Source of the DNA: Rhodothermales bacterium
Lineage (GTDB): Bacteria > Bacteroidota > Rhodothermia > Rhodothermales > VXPQ01
Direction of reading: 5' to 3'
Length of the DNA: 64,000 bases
Assembly (NCBI GenBank): GCA_040904565.1
Contig: JBBDTI010000064.1
Location: 39,770 to 103,769, forward strand
The notes under the pieces were generated by a model, which searched no databases, was not told the origin of the DNA, and was given only the letters and a program-made list of their open reading frames with translations. The stretch's first letter is position 1. Each line of letters starts with the position of its first letter. This document shows positions 54,028-63,800 of the stretch, piece after piece. The translations under genes were made by a program, and so were the position numbers.

Positions 54028-54046
54028 ACGAATCAGCAAAGACAGC

Positions 54047-54484
54047 ATGGCCGAGAAGGCAACCATCCAGGAACGAGCCCGCGACGTCGTCGAGGAATTC
54101 AATCTGTTCGACGATTGGATGGGGAAGTACGAATACCTGATCGAGCTGGGGAACTCCCTCCCTCCGATCGAGGACGAGTACAAGACGGACGACTACAAGA
54201 TTAAGGGCTGTCAATCCCAGGTATGGATTCGACCGGAGACGGCCGACGGACTCGTTTTTTACAAAGGTGACAGCGATGCCCTGATCACGAAAGGTCTCGT
54301 CGCGCTCCTCGTTCGCGTCCTCTCCGGCCAGCCGCCGGAAGCCGTGGCGGAGGCCGATCTTTCGTTCCTGGATGAGATCGGGATGAAAGAACACCTGTCA
54401 TCGACGCGCAAAAACGGCCTCGCGTCCATGGTAAAGCAGCTCAAGCTGTATGCGCTCGCACATACGCAGAAGGCACACCATTAA
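54047..54484 (+). CDS. sufE: cysteine desulfuration protein SufE
   Basis: The ATG at 54047 gives ...FNLFDDWMGKYEYLIELG...KIKGCQSQVWI (conserved Cys) ...GDSDALITKGL. Confidence 0.9.
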   Translation: MAEKATIQERARDVVEEFNLFDDWMGKYEYLIELGNSLPPIEDEYKTDDYKIKGCQSQVWIRPETADGLVFYKGDSDALITKGLVALLVRVLSGQPPEAVAEADLSFLDEIGMKEHLSSTRKNGLASMVKQLKLYALAHTQKAHH

Positions 54485-54499
54485 TCAGGCAGGCGCAAG

Positions 54500-54850
54500 A
54501 TGAGTGAAGACATCCAGCAGAAGACCGACACCGAAGCGGTATCCAAGGACGACATCGAAAAAGAGGTCGTCGAGGTCCTCAAGACGATCTACGACCCGGA
54601 AATCCCGGTCAATATCTACGATCTGGGGTTGATCTACGAGATCAAGGTCCACGACGATCGCTCCGTCTTCGTCAAAATGACGCTGACGGCCCCAAACTGT
54701 CCGGTTGCCGACATCCTCCCCCAGCAGGTCGAGTCCGCCGTCGGCACGATACCGGACGTGGAAGGCAGCACGGTTCAGCTGACGTTCGATCCGCCGTTTA
54801 CTCCCGACATGATGTCGGAGGAAGCGCGGCTCGAGCTCGGCTTCATGTAG
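54500..54850 (+). CDS. sufT: SUF-system Fe-S assembly protein, DUF59/MIP18 (SufT-like)
   Basis: VLKTIYDPEIPVNIYDLGLIYEI...MTLTAPNCPVADILP. Confidence 0.85.
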   Translation: MSEDIQQKTDTEAVSKDDIEKEVVEVLKTIYDPEIPVNIYDLGLIYEIKVHDDRSVFVKMTLTAPNCPVADILPQQVESAVGTIPDVEGSTVQLTFDPPFTPDMMSEEARLELGFM

Positions 54851-54873
54851 AATAGGGCTGCGAGACGTCCCGA

Positions 54874-57798
54874 GTGAATCATTCCAAGACCATAGCGATA
54901 GCAAGAGGCGTCCTGGCCGAAGGCCGTCTGTCGGACGCGGAGCGGATGATCGATCCGCTCCTCGACGATACGACGTCGGTCGACCCCGAGCCGGGACAGC
55001 TCATGCTCCGGTGTCTGAAGGCGCGTATCGCCCTGCTGCGCCGTGGTGACCATCGCACGGCCTACGAGCTGCTGCGGCCGTACGACGCCTCCGATCGCCG
55101 TGCATCGCTGGAATCCGGGCTCCGTGCGGAAATAGCGCTCTGGCTGGGATGGGCCAGCGCCTGGCAGGAGGACGATCTGTACGACGACGCACGCGCTCTC
55201 AATCTGCTGGACGCCGCCGGGCAGGCGTTCGAAAAGGAGGTCAATCCATCGGGACAGTGCTGGGCGCTGCTCGGACAGGCGCAGGCCTATTTCACGATTG
55301 ACGAACACGGGCTCATGGTACAGGCGCTTCGTGACGCCTCCATGCTGCTTCACAAGCTGGAGGATGTGTACGCCGAGGCATGGCTCCATCACCTCTCGGC
55401 GATCGGAGCACGCCTCGAAGGACGCTACCGAACCGCCTCGAGTCATGCCGACGAGCTCGAACGGATCGCAGACGCGATGGGCGACGGCCTGGCGCTCGGA
55501 CGCGCACTGGCTCACCGCGCCATCATCCAGTACGAGTCGGGCAGGAAACCGGAAGAGATCTGCGAGACGGCCCTTCGCGCTGAACGATTGCTCGAGCGTG
55601 CGTCGACTCATGGTTCCCATGCGCTCCTCATGGCGCTGCACGCCCGTACCGGCGCACTGATTCGCCAGGGACGATGGGACGAAGCGGAGAACGTTATAGT
55701 GGCCGGACTAAAATCGACGCGCGATGTGGGCTCTTCGCGCGAGATGTTAACCGTGCACCGTGCTCGCATCGCGATGCGCCGGGGAGACGACCCGGCCGCC
55801 CGCACGCTGCTGGAACAGGCTGCCGGACGAATTCACCGGCGGCGACGCCTGCTGCATACTCTCGTCGAGCGGGAGCGTAGTTGCCGTGCCCTCTCTGCCG
55901 GACGCCCCGAGGAAGCACGACGACACGTCGAGCAGGCTCTGCATCACGCACGGGATGCCGATCACACCGGCTGTCACCTGCTCGCGCTCCTGCAGCAGGC
56001 CGAAGTGGAAATTGCCGCCGGCCGTGAAGGTCCGGCTCGCGAGGCAATGCGCCTGGCGGAGGAGCACACGGACTACTTCAGCCTGCTTCCCGTTGCCGCA
56101 CGGCGATTTTTCGTACACGGTCTCCTGTCGGAGCTTCGCGAACGTCCGGAGGAGGCTCGAGCGGCGTTTGCGCAGGCGCTTTCCGCCTATTCATTGATCG
56201 GTGACGTGTACGCGGCGGCAAGGACGCAGGTATACCTTGCGGCATTGCGTTCGACGCACGTCGCCGGGGAATCTCGCTCCCTCGCCAAAACGGCGCTGGA
56301 AACCTTCGAGTCTCTCGGAGCCCAGCGCGAGGCCGAGCGCGCACGCAAGGTGCTCGACAGGGAGGCCGAGCAGGCCTCCGTAGTCCTCGATCCCGGTGAG
56401 GCCGCCATCGGCTCCGTCCTCGCCCGATCTGCGCTTTCCGTCGAACTCGTAGCCGAGTCGTGGCTTCAGGCAGCCGAAGAGCTGGCGCCGGGGCGATGGC
56501 TCGTCGTCTTTCGCTGCGGCGGACCCGGCTCCTGGACCCTGATACATCGACATGGCAACGTCTCGTCGGACCTCCACTATCCCGATCCGTCCGCGGACCG
56601 CGTCTGCGGCGATGGGGTGGACTGGATCCGCCTTCGGGGCCTCCCCGCTCCAGCCTTTTTCTTCGGTATGGAGTGCGGCGGAGACGATGACCCGGCGTGC
56701 GCGGCGATCGAGCGCAAGCTCATGCCCTGGATACCCGTCGTCGGACTCGCTCTGGAGCACGCGTTGCTGCGATCCGATCGGCTCGCCAACGTTTCCAACG
56801 GAGGCGGTGATGCATCATTGGCGCTGGACGTCGAAGGCTTTATCTATACGAGCCCCGGCATGCGGAGCGTAGCCCACCAGATCACCCGGGTACGAAACGG
56901 GCACTCTCCCGTCCTCATCTCGGGAGAACCGGGTGTCGGCAAGAGCGTCGTGGCACGGACCATTCACGATTCCGGCGACCGTCACGACGCGCCGTTCATC
57001 CCGTTCAATGCCTCGAGCATAGCGCGGGCGGACGTCGAGACGGCCCTCTTCGGTCGCGACGGAAAAGTGGGCGCCCTGCATGCGGCCCATCGCGGTACGC
57101 TGTACCTGAACAACGTCGGGGAGCTGCCGGTGGACGTACAGCCGCGCCTCCTGCACTTCATCGAGCGGGGTCACGTAGACCGGTCGCACGGCGACGAAGA
57201 GGAGCTCGACGTGCGCGTTCTGGCCTCCACCGGAGTGGACCTGAAGGAGCGGGTACGGGAAGGCGGCTTCCTGGAGGATCTCTACTACCGGCTCAATGTC
57301 GTCCACATCCACGTACCTCCCCTGCGCGAGCGTCGAGAAGAAATTCCCCTTCTGGTACATCATTTTCTGGAGGATCTCACGCACGGCCGCTCCGGCAGCG
57401 CTTCGGTCACGAGCCGTGCCCTCGACGCTCTCATCAAGTATGACTGGCCGGGGAACGTCCGACAGCTGCGCAACGAGATCGAGCGCCTCCTCGTGTACGC
57501 CGCTACCGAGCCGGTGTCGACGATCGACGTGGACGATCTCTCGGAATCGATACGGCGCGGATCTTCGGGAGATGCCGTGTCTATGGAGGCCGACGGGTCG
57601 CTCGACGGCGTCGCGCTGAACGGACGCGGACTCGACGAAATCATGGCCAATGCCGAGCGGTCGGTCATCGAACAGGTGCTCAACCGGCACGATGGACAGG
57701 TATCGTCATCCGCCGAAGCCCTGGGGCTCTCCAGGCAGGGGCTCTACAAGAAGATGAAGCGGCTCGGCATCGACGCGTCATCCGTTGCACAGCGATAG
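54874..57798 (+). CDS. sigma-54-interaction-domain (bEBP-family) transcriptional regulator with a large TPR-like plus GAF-like N-terminal region; atypical AAA+ core
   Basis: Walker A GEPGVGKS, ...LFGRDGKVGALHAAHRGTLYLNNVGELP..., LYYRLNVVHIHVPPLRERREEIP, YDWPGNVRQLRNEIE, and a C-terminal Fis-type HTH (AEALGLSRQGLYKKMKRLGI). The start is uncertain: GTG 54874, with the first ATG at 54946. Confidence 0.85.
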   Translation: MNHSKTIAIARGVLAEGRLSDAERMIDPLLDDTTSVDPEPGQLMLRCLKARIALLRRGDHRTAYELLRPYDASDRRASLESGLRAEIALWLGWASAWQEDDLYDDARALNLLDAAGQAFEKEVNPSGQCWALLGQAQAYFTIDEHGLMVQALRDASMLLHKLEDVYAEAWLHHLSAIGARLEGRYRTASSHADELERIADAMGDGLALGRALAHRAIIQYESGRKPEEICETALRAERLLERASTHGSHALLMALHARTGALIRQGRWDEAENVIVAGLKSTRDVGSSREMLTVHRARIAMRRGDDPAARTLLEQAAGRIHRRRRLLHTLVERERSCRALSAGRPEEARRHVEQALHHARDADHTGCHLLALLQQAEVEIAAGREGPAREAMRLAEEHTDYFSLLPVAARRFFVHGLLSELRERPEEARAAFAQALSAYSLIGDVYAAARTQVYLAALRSTHVAGESRSLAKTALETFESLGAQREAERARKVLDREAEQASVVLDPGEAAIGSVLARSALSVELVAESWLQAAEELAPGRWLVVFRCGGPGSWTLIHRHGNVSSDLHYPDPSADRVCGDGVDWIRLRGLPAPAFFFGMECGGDDDPACAAIERKLMPWIPVVGLALEHALLRSDRLANVSNGGGDASLALDVEGFIYTSPGMRSVAHQITRVRNGHSPVLISGEPGVGKSVVARTIHDSGDRHDAPFIPFNASSIARADVETALFGRDGKVGALHAAHRGTLYLNNVGELPVDVQPRLLHFIERGHVDRSHGDEEELDVRVLASTGVDLKERVREGGFLEDLYYRLNVVHIHVPPLRERREEIPLLVHHFLEDLTHGRSGSASVTSRALDALIKYDWPGNVRQLRNEIERLLVYAATEPVSTIDVDDLSESIRRGSSGDAVSMEADGSLDGVALNGRGLDEIMANAERSVIEQVLNRHDGQVSSSAEALGLSRQGLYKKMKRLGIDASSVAQR

Positions 57799-57801
57799 AG
57801 A

Positions 57802-58284
57802 ATGGCAGGTACGTCAGACATGAAATCAGGCCAGGAGCGGAACACCGACAGCGCGGGTACGACCGGCCCCAACGACCGTGGCCCGGACCACGGCTCCGAT
57901 CAACGCGACCCGCCGGGCCTGCAGCTCACGCACGCCGCCGTCATGACGACGGACCTGAAGCGTGCCGTTACGTTTTATCGCGACATCCTGGGCCTCTCCG
58001 TCCGCGTCGTAGAGGACGATCCCATACGTAAGGGACGTCGCCGCGCCATGCTCGCCGACACGTCGGGACGCGACGTCGTAGAGATTATCGAGATGTCGGA
58101 AATGGCCCACCCGTCCATTCCCGGCCGGGGCGGCATCCATCACGTCGGCTTTCGCCTGCCTCGGCGTGAGTGGCACTCCCTGCGGTCGCGGATGGACGCT
58201 GCCTCGTACCGGTACGAGGAGGTCGAAGGACGCCTGTTCGTCAAAGACGTCGACGGACTCGTACTGGAAATCGAGCAGGCATAG
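57802..58284 (+). CDS. VOC (glyoxalase/bleomycin-resistance/dioxygenase) family protein
   Basis: LTHAAVMTTDLKRAVTFYRDILGL...GIHHVGFRL...VKDVDGLVLEI. Confidence 0.75.
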   Translation: MAGTSDMKSGQERNTDSAGTTGPNDRGPDHGSDQRDPPGLQLTHAAVMTTDLKRAVTFYRDILGLSVRVVEDDPIRKGRRRAMLADTSGRDVVEIIEMSEMAHPSIPGRGGIHHVGFRLPRREWHSLRSRMDAASYRYEEVEGRLFVKDVDGLVLEIEQA

Positions 58285-58307
58285 CGGAGCCATCCAACCC
58301 GGACGCG

Positions 58308-58970
58308 TCAGTGCCCCTCCCGGGTACGGAGCGTATTCGGGAGCTCATCGTCGTCGTCGTCGCGAATCTCGACGCCTTTTCTTTCGAGGAGCTTGCCGCA
58401 CATGCCGATCGCCTCGACGATGGCATCCGTCAGGTGCCCGCTGCGAATTCCCTTGCTGATGCGTTCGACGATGTCGACCCACTCGTCCTCGGATACCTGC
58501 TGATGGATGCCGGCATCCCCGAGCACTTCGATCCGATGTTCGAGGAGTGAGATGAAGATCAAAATGCCGGTCCGATCCCGCGTGTCGAACACCTCCTCCT
58601 CCACAAACGCCTTCATGGCCCTCCGATGCACGGCGCGCGCCATCGCGTCCGCCCCGGCGAGCAGGCGCTGCACGACTGGTACGAACGCGCCGACTGCGCC
58701 GCCCAGGAGTCCGGCCGCGAGCGTCAGGCTGGCCGTCCCCCAGCCCGTGTGCAGCCAGCCCAGCCCCCATCCATCGTAGAAATGAAACACCAGCATCGCC
58801 GCAAAGAGTGCGAGTCCGGCCGCCAACCCCGCTCCCTTCCATATCGCAACCTCATAGGACTCGCTCCGCGGCACGATAAACGGTACGATTTCACCGGACG
58901 TCCGCAGTTCCGCCTCCGCGACGGCTTCCTGAATACGCCGCAGATCATCTTCCGTAAACAAGTCTTTCAT
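58308..58970 (-). CDS. TPM-domain membrane protein
   Basis: The ATG at 58970 gives MKDLFTEDDLRRIQEAVAEAELRTSGEIVPFIV, followed by two or three transmembrane helices and then TGILIFISLLEHRIEVLGDAGI...GHLTDAIVEAI (TPM/DUF477-like). Confidence 0.7.
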   Translation of the reverse strand: MKDLFTEDDLRRIQEAVAEAELRTSGEIVPFIVPRSESYEVAIWKGAGLAAGLALFAAMLVFHFYDGWGLGWLHTGWGTASLTLAAGLLGGAVGAFVPVVQRLLAGADAMARAVHRRAMKAFVEEEVFDTRDRTGILIFISLLEHRIEVLGDAGIHQQVSEDEWVDIVERISKGIRSGHLTDAIVEAIGMCGKLLERKGVEIRDDDDDELPNTLRTREGH

Positions 58971-58984
58971 AGCAAGTCTTTCAT
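58959..58984. repeat. 12-nt direct duplication that includes the TPM-gene start codon
   Basis: CAAGTCTTTCAT occurs at 58959-58970 and 58973-58984. On the coding strand this reads ATGAAAGACTTG twice. Confidence 0.9.
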
Positions 58985-59107
58985 TGCATACGCTGCTTAA
59001 AAACCCACGTGAGATCGGTCGGCGCGAACGGTACGTCGTACTAAAAGCCTGATGAAACGGGCCAGCAGAGAAACTGTGCGGATCAAGGCGCGCGACAAGC
59101 CGAGAAT

Positions 59108-59180
59108 GAGGCGTACTCACGTACGCCGCAGTGATCGGCGAGGAGTGCAACGCGGAGCTGCGCAGTTTATCAATGGCCCT
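59108..59180 (-). repeat. 73-nt repeat element, copy A
   Basis: The reverse complement of 59108-59180 is 69/73 identical to 63928-64000. It begins at the TAG stop of the zinc-ribbon/TPR gene. Confidence 0.9.
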
Positions 59181-60336
59181 ACGGGGCGTTCGCCTGCTGT
59201 CGTCTGACGGATTGGAGCCACGCCTCCGCCCGCTGATCGTAGATCGACCCGTCCTCGGCGAGCTCAGCGACGCGTTCGAACTGCGCTACGGCCTCTTCGA
59301 CGCGGTTGATGCGCAGCAGAAAGACGGCCCGGTTGTAGTTTGCCGCGAGGTGATCCGGATCGGCCTCGAGAACGGTGTTCGTCTGCTCGATAGCCTGCAT
59401 CGGATTTTGGGGGTCGTACTGGTAGGCCCACGCCATCCGTGCCCGGGCATCGAGATCGTCCGGACGTTCGGCAAGCACGTTTTCGAACGCCTGAATGGCC
59501 AGCAGGGCGACATCCGTCTTGCGGTCGTTATTGACCGACTCCATCCAGTCGAAGAGCAGATCCGCCGCCCGCTGCCAGTCCGCCGGCCCCTCCGTCGCGC
59601 GAGCGAGCCGCTGCTGCTCGATGGCCGCCCGGTCGATGCGGCCGATGTCGATCAGAAACGCCACCAGCTCTCGGTGCGCATCACGAGCCTGCGGACCTTC
59701 TCCCGAACCGATTTCAGCGCGGAGCGAGTCGACCACGGGCGCATAGCGCGCGCCGATCGGAATGGCCTCGTATTCGTCTATCACGGCAGCACTGCGAACG
59801 TCGGCCGGAGCCTCGGCCGTCGTTGCCGTCTCCGAATCACTTCGCTGCGACGATACGACCGTGATCAGATAGAGTGCTACCACGACGAGGACGGCGAGTC
59901 CAACCAGCAGCGCGACGTGCCGCGTCATCGCTGTATCCTCGCCAGGCGACGCCACCTCTTGGCCGGACGACGAGGTACCGGAACCCGACGCCTCGTCGTC
60001 TCCAGATCGGTCATCATGCCCGGACCGGCTCGACGTCGACACCGTGCCCGCGTCTACCGGACGCGTACCGCTCCCGAACGCCGGCGTCACCTGCTGGAGG
60101 GCCGTACCGCACCGGCTGCAGAAATTGGCGCCGGACGGATTTTCCCAGCCGCAGGCGTTGCAGTAGACGCCGTGGGACTGCGCAGGGGCGCCGGGATCAG
60201 GGATGTCGTCCCGGGCCACCTCCTCAGGCGTGGCCTGCGCTTCATCCTCGTTGGATAGGGGTGATCCGCACAAATCGCACCGCTCCGTGCCCGGAGTCAG
60301 GCGGGCGCCGCATTCGGGGCATACGTGATTGCTCAT
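59179..60336 (-). CDS. double zinc-ribbon, single-TM, TPR-repeat protein
   Basis: CPECGARL...CDLCG and CNACGWENPSGANFCSRCG, a transmembrane helix HVALLVGLAVLVVVALYLITVV, and C-terminal TPR-like helices. Confidence 0.7.
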   Translation of the reverse strand: MSNHVCPECGARLTPGTERCDLCGSPLSNEDEAQATPEEVARDDIPDPGAPAQSHGVYCNACGWENPSGANFCSRCGTALQQVTPAFGSGTRPVDAGTVSTSSRSGHDDRSGDDEASGSGTSSSGQEVASPGEDTAMTRHVALLVGLAVLVVVALYLITVVSSQRSDSETATTAEAPADVRSAAVIDEYEAIPIGARYAPVVDSLRAEIGSGEGPQARDAHRELVAFLIDIGRIDRAAIEQQRLARATEGPADWQRAADLLFDWMESVNNDRKTDVALLAIQAFENVLAERPDDLDARARMAWAYQYDPQNPMQAIEQTNTVLEADPDHLAANYNRAVFLLRINRVEEAVAQFERVAELAEDGSIYDQRAEAWLQSVRRQQANAP

Positions 60337-60369
60337 GCTCGCGATACTTCGTTCCCTGTCGTCATCGTG

Positions 60370-60681
60370 CTATGTCTTCCGCTCTTTCTTCTTCCTCGCC
60401 TTCATTGCCCGGTCGACGCGCTTCCGGAGATCCTTGGACGCCTTAAAGACGGGCACGTAGCGTGGCCCGATGCGGACTTCCTCATTCGTCTGTGGGTTGC
60501 GGGCTTTTCGTGCCTTTCGATGTTGCACGCGGAACGAACCGAACCCTCGCAGTTCGAGGCCGTCGCCTTCTTCCAGTGCATCCATCACACACGTCATGAA
60601 GCCGTTCACTACCGCCTCCGTCTCAATCTTCGTAAGTCCGGTGCCCGTCGCAATGCGATCGATAATGTCTGCTTTTGTCAC
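60370..60681 (-). CDS. HU/IHF family DNA-binding protein with Lys-rich tail
   Basis: VTKADIIDRIATGTGLTKIETEAVVNGFMTCVMDALEEGDGLELRGFGSFRVQHRKARKARNPQTNEEVRIGPRYVPVFKASKDLRKRV. The start is either GTG 60681 or ATG 60747. The remainder of ORF 60370..61407 is spurious. Confidence 0.8.
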   Translation of the reverse strand: MTKADIIDRIATGTGLTKIETEAVVNGFMTCVMDALEEGDGLELRGFGSFRVQHRKARKARNPQTNEEVRIGPRYVPVFKASKDLRKRVDRAMKARKKKERKT

Positions 60682-60831
60682 GGCCGAGGTATCGAATGGG
60701 TCATCCTTTTTGCGAGCGTGAAAACATAACGCCGCGCGTACGTGCATGATTCCTGACGAAAAAGCCCGAAACGCACGTGCTCTCCCATGCGTAGTTGCTC
60801 CGCACCATTCGATGATCAACCTTCCGCATAC

Positions 60832-63800
60832 ATGACGACCAGCTACCGGATCGGCGCCTACCTCGTTCTTTACTGCCTCTGCATCACCGCCTCCGCTGTC
60901 GGACAGGTACCGAGCGACTGGCAGCAGCGCGTGCACTATGAGATGGACGTCAAGATGCTGGCGGACCGGCACCAGATGCGCGGCGATCAGACGCTGCGCT
61001 ACGTGAACCATTCGCCCGACACGCTTTCCCGCGTCTTCTACCATCTCTATTTCAATGCCTTCCAGCCGCACTCCATGATGGCCGAGCGGAACCGGCATCT
61101 CCCGGATCCTGACTCCCGCATCGTGCCCCGGATATTCAACCTCAACCCGGAGGAGATCGGCTATCACCGGATCGAGTCGCTGACGCAGGACGGCACCCCG
61201 GTAGATTTCTCCATTTTCGATACCGTCATGGAGGTGGATCTCGCCGAGCCGATCCTTCCCGGGGCGGAAGCGGTGTTCGAGATGTCCTTTCGCTCGCAGG
61301 TACCACTGCAGACCCGGCGGAGCGGCCGGGACAATCAGGAGGGTATCGACTACTCGATGAGCCAGTGGTATCCCAAAATGGCGAACTACGACGAACGTGG
61401 ATGGCACGCGGATCCGTACGTCGGACGCGAGTTTTATTCACCGTTCGGCACGTTCGACGTCCGCATCACACTGCCGTCCGACTACGTCATCGGTGCGACG
61501 GGCGTTCTACAGAATCCGGACGCCGTCGGTCACGGGTATGCCGGGATGTCGCCGACTTCATCCCCCGCAGATGCCGACTCGCTGACCTGGCATTTTCGGG
61601 CGGAAGACGTACACGACTTCGCCTGGGCGGCCGACCCGGACTACCTTCACGACGTGCTCGAGATGGAGAACGGCACGAAGATTCACCTCCTCTATCAACC
61701 CGACGTGGCGGATACCTGGGAGGAACTCCACGAGGGGGCGCCCGACATGCTGGCGTTCTTTGAGAAGGAGTACGGCGACTATCTCTATCCCCAGTTTACG
61801 ATCGCGCAGGCCGGCGACGGAGGCATGGAATATCCCATGATGACCTTCATCACCGGTCGGCGTCCGACATCCTCCCTGCTGGGCGTCACCGCCCACGAGG
61901 CGGCGCACATGTGGTTCTACGGGATGATCGGGTCGAACGAGGCGCATCATGCGTGGATGGACGAAGGGTTTGCGAACTACGCCACCACGGAAGTGATGGC
62001 GCACTTGCAGGACCGTCCGAATCCGTCGCACGCGTCGTCGCACCTCGCCGTCCTCCAGGCCAAACACTTCGGTCTCTTCGAGCGGATGAATACGCGGTCG
62101 GACTGGTTCGACACGAACTTCGGCTACTCCATCGCCTCGTACGCGGGCGGTCAGATGCTGGTCGACATGCTGGGCTACGTGATCTCCGACTCGCTGCGGG
62201 ACCGTTTTTTTTACGCCTATCACGAGCGGTTTGCGCTGCGCCACGCCGATCCGTACGGCGTGGAGACGGTCGCGGAAGAGGTATCCGGACTCCGGCTCGA
62301 CTGGTTCTTCGAGCAGTACGTGCACGAGAACTGGACGCTGGACTACGCGCTCGACCGCCTCCGGTCGACCCGATCGGGTCAGGGCTGGCAGACCCGCGTT
62401 ACACTCCGGCGAAAGGGCCGAGCCGCCATGCCCGCGGACGTCCGACTGACGCTCGCCGACGGATCCGTCCGATGGGTCCACGTCCCGCTGAGCGTCGCCC
62501 AGGGCCACAAGCCCGTGCCGGACGATTGGCTCGTCGTGGAGCCGTGGGCGTGGACCGTTCCGACCTACACCTTCGAGATCACGACCGACCGGCGCGTCAC
62601 GTCCGCCGAGATCGACCCCCTGCTCCGCACCCCGGAAGCGACGCGACTGAACAACGGCTCGTCCCTCCCGATCGATCTGCACTTTTTACAGCCCCCGGGC
62701 CAGAGCTGGAGCCGATACCAGGTGGGCTGGCGGCCCGCGGCCGGATACGCCCATAACTGGGGCGTCGGTGGCGGCGTTCAACTTCGAGGCCGCTATCTGT
62801 TCAACCGCTTTTCGACGCGGGCCACGCTCTACCTCTGGCCCCAGGTCCTTTTCAGCCGCGGCGAAGACCCCGCCGTGGAGCCGCTCCTGCCGTTCGCGGA
62901 TCCTTTCATACAGCACTCGGCCGCGGACGGCATCGATTTCGACGTATCCATTGCTAACACCTTTCTGGCGGGCGGACTGGTAACGTGGAGGCTGCGAAGC
63001 CGGAAGCATCTCGGCATCCTGCAGAACGACGCCGGCGTTTCCATAGTGCCGGATCCGGTCGATTTGCTTACCGGCCGCGAACGCCGGTTAGCGGTGGGCG
63101 TGCGGCATCAACAGCGCACGTCCGATCGATCGCTGTTCAACCACGCGTCGGAGGGCTTCCTGCCCGCGTCCATCGTATCCGCTCACGCTCGCCTATCCGC
63201 CACGAGCGACCGCGCTCGCTACGTACTGGCGGGTGAAACGGGCGGCGAACTCGGCGCCCGGGGCACGGGCCGAACCGCGAACCGCGTCTGGGCGGATCTC
63301 GGCTGGGGCGTGCCGGTTGGACCCTTTACCGCTTCCGTTAGGGTGCTGGGTGGACTCGGAGATGGGCACCTGGCGCGGCACAAGCGATTCCGGCTGGGTT
63401 CCTCCACGTTCGAAGACCGGTGGGGCAATGCCGCCTACCGGAACGTCGGCGGTGCGCTTGAAGCGCCGCTGGACGACGCGCACTGGGTCGCCTTCTCCGG
63501 TCCTGGGCCGGTCGCCTACCTGCGCCGCCCCTCGGAGCTGACGGACGGCGCGACGGGACCGATCGCCCGGTCGAACGTCGCAGCCATTAGCGCGCGACTC
63601 CTGACGCCCAGACACAACGGACACCGCCTGCTTCGGCCGCTTCGCGCCGAACTGTTCTTCGGGGCCGGGCAGACGTGGAACGGGCACTGGGCCTCCGACT
63701 TCGATCCGGAGGAGGTGCTCGCGGACGCCGGCATCGGATTTCGCTACGATCTATCCAGACTTTCAGGCATCGACCGATGGAGAAATCAGTCCGACCTCCT

